This document shows, piece by piece, positions 10,906 to 24,276 of a DNA stretch of 64,000 bases. How positions within the stretch are numbered: the first letter of the stretch is position 1; the number at the start of each line of letters is the position of its first letter. Position numbers and translations under genes: made by a program. The notes under the pieces were generated by a model. The model searched no databases. It was not told the origin of the DNA and was given only the letters and a program-made list of their open reading frames with translations. Source of the stretch: Eledone cirrhosa (taxonomy: Eukaryota); contig OZ024757.1 in NCBI GenBank assembly GCA_964016885.1, positions 27,342,001 to 27,406,000 on the forward strand, given 5' to 3'.

Positions 10906-11029
10906 TCCACTGATGAGTTTATAAGGGCCCGCTTGTGTATAAAACTATGGATTATATACAAGTTTCTACATAACCTGGAAATTATTTATCCCAAATTGTA
11001 GAAATCTTATAACGAAACGGCCGTCTGGA
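10906..11029 (+). ncRNA. Hammerhead ribozyme motif, family G, canonical core with branched stem II
   Basis: TCCA-CTGATGA-GTTTATAAG-[two hairpins]-CTTATAAC-GAAA-CGGCCG-TC-TGGA; GUC triplet, palindromic stem III ACGGCCGT. Confidence 0.75.
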
Positions 11030-11996
11030 AGGAAAGAGATATTTATTTAATAATGTCTCATATAAAATAATACAACCACCTATCCACGCAATACTGATTA
11101 GTTAGCACCCCAAACACTAAATTGGGAAAATACTTAGGTATATACTAATGTTTGTTGAGTGAGATGGAGTTGGTCGGAGTATCGCTTAAGGCTTTCTCTG
11201 TTTATGTATTGTATATATATATACATATATTTTAACCTAATTAGATTATTCTCTGTAAAATATTAGATATGTGCTTTCCTATGATATTGGTAGTGTGAAA
11301 ACGTCTGAGATCTTGGATTTTTAGTTCCAATTCTCTTATAGAATCACATTCCGAAGTTGTTACTTGACTGGTAAAAGATTTGGTCGGCAACTGTGTGTGG
11401 AAACTAAAACAATCGCTGCGTGGAAGAATCATTTTGGCCATTTAACGTAAAGTTAACATAAAAATTGTTCACATTACTTTATATTTATCATAAAAGTTTC
11501 GTCGCTCTGTTTGCGACCTGTTCGCAGACAGGGAGATCCACCGATACAGTGGAACAGTGCTAAATAAGGCACAGTCATTTAATAATGGATCAAACTACTG
11601 CCACGTATGTCACAAAGAGAAACTCCACATCATACATAAATCTCTACTAATTTTAGATTTAAAAAAAAAAAGGACTTAATTTTGACTTCCTGGTATATGC
11701 TCAAATTCTACACAGAAAATTTGAAAGATTACTCGTCCCCTTCTGATATGTTTTAGATGACAACGGTCGGTTAACACTTCATCTTATCAGTGAAATACTC
11801 ACACACGTACACGCACATATATACGTACATCACGTATGTTTATATTAATGATTTTTTCATAATATTTTTTTTAGATCATTATGCTTGTGTGACAATAACG
11901 TTCCTATACCAGTTTATCTATTGTTTCGAGACTTTCACAGCCTCATCTTCATCATATGAATGAAGGTAGTAGTAGCAGTTTACAGCATGTGTGTGA

Positions 11997-12075
<79 letters not shown>

Positions 12076-12719
12076 TATACCTGTATATATATATATATAT
12101 ATGTGGATATGCCACGTACACGCACACACACATATATATATATGTATATGCATATGCATACAGACCTGTGCACATACATATGCACATGTTTATATACAGA
12201 CACAAACAAACATACCTAGATAAATATATTCATCCATCCATCCATACACACACACATATATATACATACAACCATACATACATACATACATACATACATA
12301 CATACATACATACATACATACATACATACATACACACATACATACATACATACAGCGATATGTTGTTTATTTTTCATACAGGAAGTAGTAAAACAGATAT
12401 TTGTTTTTAAAAGGTGGCATGGTGTGGTGGTCTGGCGGGTGGGTTTGGGGTGTTGAAGTTTCTGGGGGAGAGGAGTAGGTGGGTAGGCGAATTACATCAC
12501 ACAGGTAACTCCCGACAACATCAAACACATCGTCTCACACTCTACCCCACCCCCACCCCTTCTACACTCCAGCTCAACCAGTAGAGTACTTCAATAATTA
12601 ACAACAGCTCCAGTAATTTAGATTAATTACTTAAAGAATAAGCATTAATCTGTCGTAACACATTGTTTGTTTGTTTCTTTCTTTCTTATTACTTAATTAT
12701 TATTAGCATTATCAGCATT

Positions 12720-14745
12720 TGGCAGTATCGGTAGAAGGTCGGACGCCATGCTTTGCAGCAAAGAGTTACGGCCCTTTATGGTCTGAGTTCAAATCCCGCC
12801 GAGGTTAACTTTGCCTTTCATCCTTCTGGGGTCGATAAAATAAAGTACCAGTAATACACTGGTATAATTGCTGGCCTTGTGCCAAAAGTAGAAACAATTA
12901 TTATTATTATTATTATTGTTTCTAGTTTTGGCACAAGGCCAGCAATTACCCTAAGTGCATTACTGGTACTTTATTTTATAGACCCCCGTAAGGATGAAAG
13001 GCAAAGTCAAATCCCGCCGAGGTTAACTTTGCCTTTCATCCTTACGGGGTCGATAAAATAAAGTACCAGTAATGCACTGGGGTAATTGCTGGCCTTGTGC
13101 CAAAAGTAGAAACAATTGTTATTATAATTATAATTATTATTATTGTTGTTGTTGTTTCTTTGCTCAACTTCTAAAGCTTGGGATGCATTACTCCATATTT
13201 ACTATTGTAATGTTTGTGGTAAAGGTTTTACCTTACATAATTATCTCACATAATATCGAATCTATGAGATTTTGATGTCATTTATTTTGAGAACAATACT
13301 TTAACGTCAGTATGAGTGGCTGGTTACAGCCGGTTTGAACAGAAAGAGGTGAAAAAATTCTGGCCGGATATGGCCGGTTTAAATGCTAAACGGTTAAAGT
13401 CTTAGTTGTTCACCGCCAGTGTACTGAGGTAAAACCCCTTATTTTTCGAGTACTCGAGCTGTTTGCCGTAAATGTTCCATCCGTATTGCAATCACTATTT
13501 GTTTAATGTATTACTATTATTATGGCGGTGGATTGGCAGAATCGGTAGAGCACCAGACACCATGCTTTGCGGCATAGAGTTATGTGGCCCTTTACGTTCT
13601 GAGTCCAAATCCCACCGAGGTTAGCTTTGCCTTTCATCCTTACCGGGTCGATAAAATAAAGCACCAGTAATGCACTGGGGTAATTGCTAGCCTTGTGCTA
13701 AAAATAGAAACATTATCGGTGGAGGATCGGACGCCACACTTTGCAGCATAGAGTTACGGTCCTTTACGGTCTAAGTTCAAATCCTGCCGAAGTTAACTTT
13801 GCCTTTCATCCTTACGAGGTCGATAAAATAAAGTACCAGTTACGCACTGGGGTCGATTTAATTGACTTTTCCTCCCCCAAAATTGATGGCCTTGTGCCTA
13901 AATATAAGAAACCATTATTACTGGATTGGCAGTATCGGTAGAGGGTCGGACGCCATGCTTTCCAGCATAGTTACGTCCCTTTACGATCTGAGTTCAAATC
14001 CCGCCGAGGTTGACTTTGCCTTTCATCCTTACGGGGTCGATAAAATAAAGTACCAGTAATGCACTGGGTAATTGCTGGCCTTGTGCCTAAAGTAGAAACA
14101 ATTATTACTGTAGATTGAGGGAGGACACCTGGGAAAGGGCACTTGCTCTGGCGGTCAGGGTGACCGCGATCAACTTTGTCTTTCACCTTCCTAGTTTGAT
14201 AAATTAGTACCAGTTAAATCCCCGGGTCGATACTTCAGCAGCAAAAAACAATGCATTTAAAATAAATTCTGTTTGATATGCATTATTCAACGGTAGAGCG
14301 TCAGACACCATGTTTTGCAGCATAGTTATGGCCCTTTGCGTTCTGGGTTCAAATCCGCCGAGGTTAACTTTGCTCGATAAAATAAAGTACCAGTGGTGCA
14401 CTGTGGTAATCGCTGGCCTTGTGCCAAAAGTAGAAACTCTATTAGGGCGGTGGATTGGCAGTATCGGTAGAGGGTCAGACGCCTTGCTTTGCAGCAAAGA
14501 GTTACGGCCCTTTATGGTCTGGGTTCAAATCCCGCCGAGGTTAACTTTGCCTTTCATCCTTACGGGGTCGATAAAATAAAGTACCAGTAATACACTGAGA
14601 TAATTGCTGGCCTTGTGCCAAAAGTAGAAACAATTATTTAAATTATGTCGATAAAATAAAAGTATCAGTAATACAGTCGATAAAATAAAAGTACCAGTAA
14701 TACACTGGAGTAATTGCTGGCCTTGTGCCAAAAGTAGAAACAATT
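12720..14745 (+). mobile_element. Cluster of about 9 OK-like SINE copies and fragments, mostly plus strand, one minus at about 12915-13010
   Basis: Copies start near 12720, 13008, 13524, 13716, 13922, 14290, 14446 and 14677. Confidence 0.85.
13190..13397. mobile_element. Non-autonomous DNA transposon end (piggyBac-like TTAA terminus)
   Basis: Ends GGCCGGATATGGCCGGTTTAAATGCTAAACGG|TTAA; only one terminus seen. Confidence 0.4.
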
Positions 14746-15283
14746 ATTTAAATTCTCTAAACATTTTTGGGTGTCTACATACAATTAATCATACTGTGGA
14801 TCATTCTAATTTTGGGAAATGCAATACGTTCTAATAAATATTGCCTGTAAAAGTAATCAAAGTGTGTATACATTTTTGGGGACATCCTGTATTTTTTATC
14901 AATCTCAAGAGGCTGAAAGGTAAAGTTGACCTAGGAAGGGTTTTGAACTCAGAGCACAAAATGGCGGAGAGAATACCGCAAAGTATTCTATCCGACGTTC
15001 TAACGAGTCTGCTAAGACGTCACCTTATAAGAAAGATTACTTGACATAGAATGAATTCACAGTAACCCCTATACACCGATACAAACCCCAAATCCCTTCC
15101 AATGCCCTCAACAATGTTTGTCAAATTTCTCAGTTTCGTTTTATGTTCTGACATCAGGTGCAGTCAGTCTGGTCGGTAAGAGTTGTGTGGGGTGTGAGGA
15201 GGTGAACGTGGTGTATAGATATGCATGTGAATATATGTGTGTGTATATATTTTTTGGGACAACACCCCGTGCGCGCGCGTGTG

Positions 15284-15360
<77 letters not shown>

Positions 15361-15451
15361 GTGATTAGAAGACGATGGAATTTTTCAAAGTTGCGATTGC
15401 AAGTGCGTATATATGTATGTATATGTTTATGTATATGTGTACGTATATGAA

Positions 15452-15520
<69 letters not shown>

Positions 15521-15547
15521 ATGTGTGCATATGTATGTGTACATAAA

Positions 15548-15580
<33 letters not shown>

Positions 15581-16469
15581 GAGTGTGATGTGTGTTGATA
15601 AAGGGTTAACAAGTTCAACAGGAATGGCATTAGTGTTGTACTCGTGTTTGTGGGAAGGGCTGGCAACGAGGGGGTGGGGTGAGGTTTAGGGGAGGGCCAC
15701 GTGTAGCGGCATAACGGTAGAAAGGCGTCGGTGGAGGTACAGTTGAAGAGATGGAGGGGTGTTGTGGAGGCTGGCAGTATGAGGTAAGATAAAGGAGATG
15801 TTTTTTTTTTGGGGGGGGGGGGGGGTTAGATGAAGTGCATTTGGCATATAGATTGTAAAGGGTGGTGGGCATGGTTGGAGTGGCGCAGAGAGCGTAGATA
15901 TAGAATCAACGAGTTTTTGATACTTATCAACAACAACAACAACAACAACAACAGCTGTAACATTATGATTGGCACCAAAGACGCTGTCAGTAATTAGAAC
16001 CACACTAACAACGACGTGCAACGCTAGCATCATCATCTTCATCATCACCAACACCATCATCATCACCAACACCATCATCATCATCATCATCGCCATCATC
16101 ATCATCACCATCATTACCATTACCACCATCATCATCATCACCATCACCATCGCTATCATCATCATCATCACCACCATTACCATCATCATCATCGTCACCA
16201 ATATTGCCGTTGTTGTCTTCATTTGTAACAAGAGCAACAATACCAACACTTGACAAGAGCCAACATCATCGTCGTCATCATCATCACCATCGTCCCCACC
16301 ACCACCATCACCACCATCACCATCATCATGATGAGCACCATCATCATCATCACCATCATCATCACCATCATGGGGGAATTGGGGGCAAATGTCTTCTCCA
16401 TTATGTCCATTGCGACCAATGAAGCGGACTAACCCATACCTTACTTGATTCTCAATCTAAAGTCTGCCT

Positions 16470-16730
16470 TAAGCCAGAAGGTTCGTTAAGCCGGCGCTTA
16501 TCCCTGTTTCCTGGCGTGAAGCGACTGAGAGTACAAGACTACCCCCTGCACAGGACGCCAGTCCATCGCAGGGTTAAACTCCCAGCTATTGCTGGTACAC
16601 ATTTTCAGCTGAGTAGACTGGAGCAACGTGAAATGAAGTGTTTTGCTCAAGAACACAACACACAACCCGGCCCAGGAATCGAACCCACGACATTATGATC
16701 GTAAGTTCAACACCCTTACCACTAGGCCAC
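16470..16730 (-). mobile_element. CORE-type tRNA SINE (second tail type)
   Basis: Reverse complement GTGGCCTAGTGGTAAGG..GGTTCGATTCC..TGTTCTTGAGCAAAACACTTCATTTCACGTTGCTCCAG; related copies at 26395-26600, 33100-33450 and 58365-58595. Confidence 0.8.
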
Positions 16731-18570
16731 AACCAACACCACCATCAACACCAACAGCAGCAGCAGCAGCAGCACCTCTGCCACCACCACCACTACTATT
16801 TGCGGCACCACCATCACCAGCAACACCACGACGACAACGACAACGACGACGACGACCATCACCACCAACATGACCACCTTCAGCACCCCAACCACAACCA
16901 CCACCACCAGACATACCACCACCATCACCAACAACACGACGACGACGACGACGACCACCACCACACATACCATCACCATCACCAACAACACGACGACGAC
17001 CACCACCACCACTACCACCATTATTACCACCACGACCAACAACACGACGACGACCACCACCACCACTACCACAACCACCATTATTACCACCACCACCACT
17101 ACCACCATTATTACCACCATCACCAACAACACGACGACGACCACCACCACCACTACCACAATCACCATTATTACCACCACCACCACTACCACCATTATTA
17201 CCACCATCACCAACAACACGACGACGACCACCACCACCACTACCACAACCACCATTATTACCACCACCACCACTACCACCATTATTACCACCATCACCAA
17301 CAACACGACGACGACGACCACCACCACTACCACAACCACCATTATTACCACCACCACCACTACCACCATTATTACCACCATCACCAACAACAAAACGACG
17401 ACCACCACCACCACCACTACCACAACCACCATTATTACCACCACCACCACTACCACCATTATTACCACCACCACCAACAACACGACGACGACCACCACCA
17501 CCACTACCACAACCACCATTATTACCACCACCACCACTACCACCATTATTACCACCATCACCAACAACACGACGACGACGACCACCACCACTACCACAAC
17601 CACCATTATTACCACCACCACCACTACCACCATTATTACCACCATCACCAACAACACGACGACGACGACCACCACCACTACCACAACCACCATTATTACC
17701 ACCACCACCACTACCACCATTATTACCACCATCACCAACAACACGACGACGACGACCACCACCACCACTACCACAACCACCATTATTACCACCACCACCA
17801 CTACCACCATTATTACCACCATCACCAACAACAAAACGACGACCACCACCACCACCACTACCACAACCACCATTATTACCACCACCACCACTACCACCAT
17901 TATTACCACCATCACCAACAACACGACGACGACGACCACCACCACTACCACAACCACCATTATTACCACCACCACCACTACCACCATTATTACCACCATC
18001 ACCAACAACACGACGACGACGACCACCACCACCACTACCACAACCACCATTATTACCACCACCACCAACAACACGACGACGACCACCATCACCACTACCA
18101 CAACCACCATTATTACCACCACCACCACTACCACCACCATCAACAACACGACGACGACCACCACCACCACTACCACAACCACCATTATTACCACCACCAT
18201 TATTACCACCACCACCAACAACACGACGACGACCACCACCACCACCACTACCACAACCACCATTATTACCACCACCACCACTACCACCATTATTACCACC
18301 ACGACCAACAACACGACGACGACCACCACCACCACTACCACCATTATTACCACCACCACCACCAACAACACGACGACGACCACCACCACCACTACCACAA
18401 CCACCATTATTACCACCACCACCACAACCACCATTATTACCACCACCACCAACAACACGACGACGACGACCACCACAACCACCATCACCAACAACACGAC
18501 GACCACCACCACCACCACCATTACCACCACCACCACCATCACCAACAACACGACGACGACCACCACAACC
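16730..18570. repeat. Higher-order minisatellite (about 63-66 bp unit) built from CAC/GAC/TAC/CAA triplets
   Basis: Unit CACCAACAACAC(GAC)3-4(CAC)3-5TACCACAACCACCATTATTAC(CAC)4TACCACCATTATTACCACCAT repeated more than 20 times. Confidence 0.9.
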
Positions 18571-18898
18571 CCCCCCCCCTAACCTCCCACACACTCCTAC
18601 GTTCTTCCTTGTTTGAACAAACTTTTTTGACTAGTGCACGTGACATTCCAAACTACAACAAATATATTGATCCGTGGCTAGTGTGTGTGTGTGTGTGGGG
18701 GGGGGGGAGTGTATGTGTGTGTGTCTATGTACGTGTTTGTGTGTAGGTGTATTTGTGAACGTGTGCATGTGTGTCAATGTGTGTCTTCTCTGTGTTGAGG
18801 GATATGGGTGTGCGTGTTTTAGTGTATGTGTGTTTGTGTGTGGATGTACTTGTGTGAGTATGATGCGGTGCATATGGACATATGTTGGTGTGTATATG

Positions 18899-18944
<46 letters not shown>

Positions 18945-19204
18945 CGTGTGTGTGTATGTGTGTGTGTGTGTATGTGTGTGTGCGTGTGTGTGTGTTTAGG
19001 GGCGTCTAAGTGGCTGTGCGCACGTACATGTGTATATGTATGTATATATGTATGGTTTTGTGTCTGTGTTTGTATGCGCCTATGTATATGTTCATTTGTA
19101 TAATATGTGTACATCTCTCTCTATACATAACGCTCCACGGGCAGCCGAACCCCTAATCTTGAGATCGTGAGCTGAACATCCTAACCATTAAATCACATAG
19201 CTCC

Positions 19205-19460
19205 ACTGATGCATACATCAATCTGTGCCCGTCGAGTAAGACCATCGCTGGCAAACAATATGTTTCTGTCGATGGTTGTGAGCCCTGCAGTAGCATTTAA
19301 AGCATTTAAAGCCTGCAAGGGACTTGCATATTTTGTTGCATAAAATGCATTGGAATTTATCATTTCCATCATTTGGCTTATCAATTTGATCCGGATTTGA
19401 TTATGTATATTTTTAGGTGCCTTTTAAGTCACGACTTATCTGAAAATCCTCTGTCATACG
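19205..19460 (-). pseudogene. Degenerate double C2H2 zinc finger; probable LINE (RTE-like) C-terminus or ZNF relic
   Basis: Frames not shown in the ORF track read YDRGFSDKS*LKRHLKI(H) and, after a frameshift, DKFQCILCNKICKSLAGFKCFKCYCRAH. Confidence 0.55.
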
Positions 19461-19479
19461 TATATATCTATGTATATAT

Positions 19480-19810
19480 GGTCCCGTAGCTCCTGATAGA
19501 GTCGTAGAGACGCCACATTGACATACGGCTTTTTGGGGGACATTTTAACCTTGGCGGAACCCATCCCTCTCCAGGCCTGAGTACAGCAGATTTCTTCCAG
19601 AGAAGGTTAGAAAATGACAGAGAAGAAGTGAGAAAGAGATATAGAGGAAGAATCGACCCCTCTACGAGACTCGTACGTTTTTTATCGAGTTCGAAAGGAT
19701 GAAAGGCAAAGTTGACCTCGGCGGGATTTGAACACAGACAAAGCAGTGAGCCGGAACGAATACCATAAAGCACTGAAACCAACGTTCTAACGACTGCCAA
19801 TTCGCCGCCT
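19480..19810 (-). mobile_element. Older OK-related SINE with an alternative long 3' region
   Basis: OK-like head and body joined to CTCTGGAAGAAATC..CCTGGAGAGGGATGGGTTCCGCC; the same tail occurs at about 25670-26035(-), 32750-32965(-) and 43075-43250(+). Confidence 0.6.
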
Positions 19811-20429
19811 CTGCAATACGTACTCAATGTTAAATTAGCTGTAAGGAATTGGTCATATTTGACCTGTAGAATTTTTCATGTTTACGTTGTTGACTTGTAG
19901 AGCCAGCATTTGACAGGTATATTCGACCACATACATACATATATACTTATTTACAGGTGGTATGGTATAGTCCCGTAACTCTCTGAACAACGCTGACAGA
20001 TATCCCAAAAGAAAAACAGGTTAACTTTATTGGCAGTCATTCAGTTGCAGATTTTACATCAGAGTTTTCCTTCTCCTAGAATGATGTCCTAGCAAGAACT
20101 AAGGGCCTCTCATTGCCTGTTGGCTAACCACGCGCTCGGGCACCAAACCGAGTATTTCCATGTCCCCATGCATACATACATACGTACATACATACATATG
20201 CACCTGCACACATATAACTCAAAAAATACACATCTACACATACAATAACATCCATACCTGCACATACACGCAGACATGCAGACATATTTACCTAGTTGAT
20301 GTTTAAATTCCGATGAGAGAGTCTTGAGTCTATGTTAGAAACCGACTCTCTATTAGTAAAAATCTATAAAATTATAAAAGCAGAAGAACATACATACATG
20401 CACACATAAAGGAGATACACACACCAAAG

Positions 20430-20905
20430 GCTTGGAGTTCAGACAAGTTCATAACACGCTATCTTAAAGGATATTTCCATGCAATCCCAGAACAAGAAGT
20501 ACCTACTGTACAAAAGAGGAAAGTCATCAGTTGACGATAAATGTAAGTTTTGCAAGACCGGAATATGTTAGCCATATTATTGTTAACTGTGAAAGAATGT
20601 CTTCACGTTAGTACCTTCCCATGAGGCATGGTGTGTTAGCCAGTCTAACCAGGAATGCATTACGAAAGATGAAAATAACGACAAATATGAAGGAATATGT
20701 TGAGACTGATGGCTCAAAGGAATATTGGGAAAACCTAAAAAAACAAACAAAAAACCCCCCAAAACGCCACAAAATTAAAATACAACCGGCCTGATATTGT
20801 TGTTTGGGACCTCATTAAAAACGTTCTGTTATAGAAGTCAACTGCCCACCCGATATCAATATACTAAGAAAAATATAAGGAAAGGGGGGATATCTACGGA
20901 CCATT
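20430..20905 (+). pseudogene. R4/Dong-like non-LTR retrotransposon C-terminus (CCHC knuckle plus restriction-like endonuclease)
   Basis: Pieces read GYFHAIPEQEVPT, DDKCKFCK, VSHIIVNC, YLPMRH, KYNRPDIVVWD and VIEVNCPPDINI, with stops and frameshifts. Confidence 0.7.
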
Positions 20906-20979
20906 TTTTGATGAGGTGTTTGCAGATTGAGTGCCCCAAATAGATATTCAGTTCCATTCCCTTAACTAGGTATGGATAT

Positions 20980-21150
20980 ATCATCATCTACCGGCGGCCT
21001 CAGCCGAAATGGACTTAACAATTGATCTCCACGTGGGTCTGTCGTTCATTGCCGTTGGCAAGTCCCGGATTTCAATACCAGAATCTCTGGAGATGACATC
21101 GGGGTAGGAGAGCTTGCGCCCCCTGTTATTAGTGACTGTTTGTGGTTTCC
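20980..21150 (-). pseudogene. RTE-clade LINE 3' end
   Basis: PQTVTNNRGRKLSYPDVISRDSGIEIRDLPTAMNDRPTWRSIV followed by a TGATGA tail; RGR..D..M.DR..WR motif. Confidence 0.7.
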
Positions 21151-21389
21151 AAAGCACTAATGGGGACACAGCCTCGTAGGTGGCACGATGGCAGTGGCCA
21201 GCAAATCTTACTCTCCTTTTACTTACAACGACAGATATGCGTGGGGGATCGGCACGATATCTGGGACTTTCAAAATCTGTTAAACTTTCTAAGGATTACC
21301 ATAGGGTTGACTTCAGAAATATTGGGAAAATTCGAAATGTGTGCATACCAACGCAAATGACCATAATAATAGTGGGCCAACTCAAATAA

Positions 21390-21562
21390 TTGTATCTACT
21401 TTTTTGGCACAATTATCTCAGTACATAAGTGGTACTTTATTTTATCGACCCAGTAAGGATCGATATTTAACCTCGGCGGGATTTGAACTCAGAACGTAAA
21501 GGGCAATAACTCTATGCTGCAAAGCATGGTGTCTACCTCTCTACCGATACTGCCAATCCACC
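21390..21562 (-). mobile_element. OK-like SINE with internal deletions
   Basis: Family head, B box and tail present. Confidence 0.75.
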
Positions 21563-21859
21563 AAAATCGAGTAAAATACTCAGAGAGTGTGACAGATATA
21601 GAAAAATATAGTCAGACAGGCAGGGAGGCCGGCCGACTGAGAGACAGAGGGACTGACTTACAGACGGACTGAGAGACAGACAGACTGACTTACAGACAGA
21701 CAGTCAGACAAACAGACATACAGACAGAGGTGTAGACTGACAGTACAGCTCGGTAAATAAATAAATTGCTGGGCAGGAGCGTGAAAATAAGACGAGCATT
21801 TAGTGACGGAATTCATCTGAAACAAGTGAATAGCTTCAATATTGAAACAACACTGACTG

Positions 21860-21930
<71 letters not shown>

Positions 21931-22188
21931 CACACACACACACACACATATATGTATATGTATATGTATGTATAGATAGATATAGAGAGTCTAACAGATT
22001 ATATATAGTATAGCTGATTACAACGTTATTATTTACCATTAATGCACTAGACAGATTAATAATCCGACATTAAGCTATGATTAGCTTGGCCAAGCTTACA
22101 AAGAGACAGACTTTTTTTTATTACATATTCCGTGATTGTTACACACAAAGACACACACACACAGACACACCTCGCAGTGCAGTCGCAC

Positions 22189-22238
<50 letters not shown>

Positions 22239-22435
22239 TTTGATCATGCTTTATTTTTGTTTTTATTTTTAATTTCATTCGCACCGTTTCCTTTCGCTAT
22301 ATGTCTCTCCACCACTCCCCCACACACCCTTTGAACTCTGTTCCCACACTTCTCAATAAATGTAGTGGAGACATAACTAATCGTCCTTTTATATATATAT
22401 ATATATATATATACATACAAACATACACACACACA

Positions 22436-22517
<82 letters not shown>

Positions 22518-22619
22518 ACATATATATATATACATATATATATATATGTATGTATATATATGTATATTTATATATTTATATATATATATACACATATATA
22601 TAAATATATATATACATAC

Positions 22620-22650
<31 letters not shown>

Positions 22651-22849
22651 CATATATATAAATATATATATATACATACATATATATAAATATATGTAGG
22701 AGGTGAGTTTTATTGTAGTACAATAAAGCAATGCAGATATCGGATAAGAAGCACTCTACAGTTTGTAGGACTGGAGTATACATAATATATAAGATCAAAA
22801 GATGGTTAAAGGAGTTCCATGTATTTTATTATGCGCATTCACCTATTTT

Positions 22850-23170
22850 AGCTCCACTTCCACCTCTTTTAAAGCTCGTCTCTATAATCATCATTCATCT
22901 TTTAAATACAAACTTAAAAGAACCAACACGGCTCTCTCAGAACTCATATGGTCCTTGAAAGACAAAAACATTAAATATACCATCTTTTGGAAGAAGGTTT
23001 CTTCTGCGTCTTCAAACTTGAACAGCTCTCTATCTAAAATCTGTAATCTCTGCCTAAATGAAAAATTTACCATTATCTCTAATCTAGATTCTATAATAAA
23101 TAGACGTACAGATTTGTTTTCTATCTGCTTGCATAAATTCCATAAGACTTTTCACAAAGTATACAGCTAA
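22850..23170 (+). pseudogene. Penelope GIY-YIG endonuclease, C-terminal about 105 aa
   Basis: STSFKARLYNHHSSFK..TALSELIWSLK..CNLCLNEKFTI..INRRTDLFSICLH fits the PLE pattern FKxRxxNH..TxLS..W..CxLCLxEK..N.R...CxH. Confidence 0.8.
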
Positions 23171-23991
23171 TATTCAATTCTTTATCAATTTAGAATCTTT
23201 TCTCAAAGGCACATATACATACACCTCTTTTAAAATATACCCATCTTCCTACCTTACTTCAAAGGGTATTATTATACACTCTATAATACTTGTTTACTCA
23301 TTACCCTCACTCTATCTTCACCTTGTAAAATCCTTCGCAACATATACATTTGTTTTTGACGCTAGATTATTCATCCTTAATTTATTATTTTTTCTCCCCA
23401 TCATCTAACTCATTCTTAATACATATTAACTCTTTCTTCGCACATATTATCAATTCCTTCAATATACAAACCTTAACTTTACATTATTTTTCTCAAATCC
23501 TTCAATACACAAACCTTAATAATTTTTTCTCTTCGTTAATTTTCAAATTTCCATAATACTTGTAAACATACACACAATTTTTTTTGACGTTAGAATATTC
23601 ATCCGCAATACATTATTCTTTTTTCTCTCTATCATCAAACTTTTTAATCTCAATACATATTAACTCCCTCTCCTTCTTCGTACATATTTTTCCCTTCGTT
23701 AATTTTCAAATTCTTTTAATTTATACATTATCTTCCAACGGTTTTCAACCTCTCTATGTAAAACAATATATCTTTTCTCAGTTATAAAAACTATCTCTTT
23801 CTCTCTATCACCCATCTCTCCCTCTCCACCTTCACTCTCATCTCCTCCCCTTTTTTTCATCCTTTCCACCCCCCCTCTCTAAACAAAATATTTTCCCAAT
23901 ATCACACATCAATCTAAAATTACTTTTCATATGTTGATTTAAAACTGAACTATCCACAAGTGTTTTTTAGCCTTCATATCATGTCCTCCTG

Positions 23992-24058
23992 TTTTATCTG
24001 ATGAAAACACAAATATTATTGCATGATGATGTTTGTTTTTGAAATGCGCATAATAAAA
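23992..24058 (+). ncRNA. Hammerhead ribozyme motif, family C
   Basis: TTTTAT-CTGATGA-AAACACAAATATTATTGCATGATGATGTTTGTTTTT-GAAA-TGCGCA-TA-ATAAAA; palindromic stem III ATGCGCAT, AUA triplet. Confidence 0.8.
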
Positions 24059-24212
24059 TACATGGAACTCCTTTAACCATCTTTTGATCTTATATATTAT
24101 ATATAAATATATATATATATATACATACATATTTATTAATATACATATATACATATATATAAATATATATAACATACATATAAATATATATATATAACAT
24201 ATACATATATAT

Positions 24213-24276
<64 letters not shown>

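Larger units (their letters stand above)
22700..24100 (+). mobile_element. 5'-truncated Penelope-like element (family C): inverted terminal repeat, GIY-YIG C-terminus, 3' UTR and hammerhead-bearing terminal repeat
   Basis: 22782-22841 is the reverse complement of about 24040-24100; endonuclease-like ORF end at 22850-23170; both ends in (TA)n. Confidence 0.8.
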
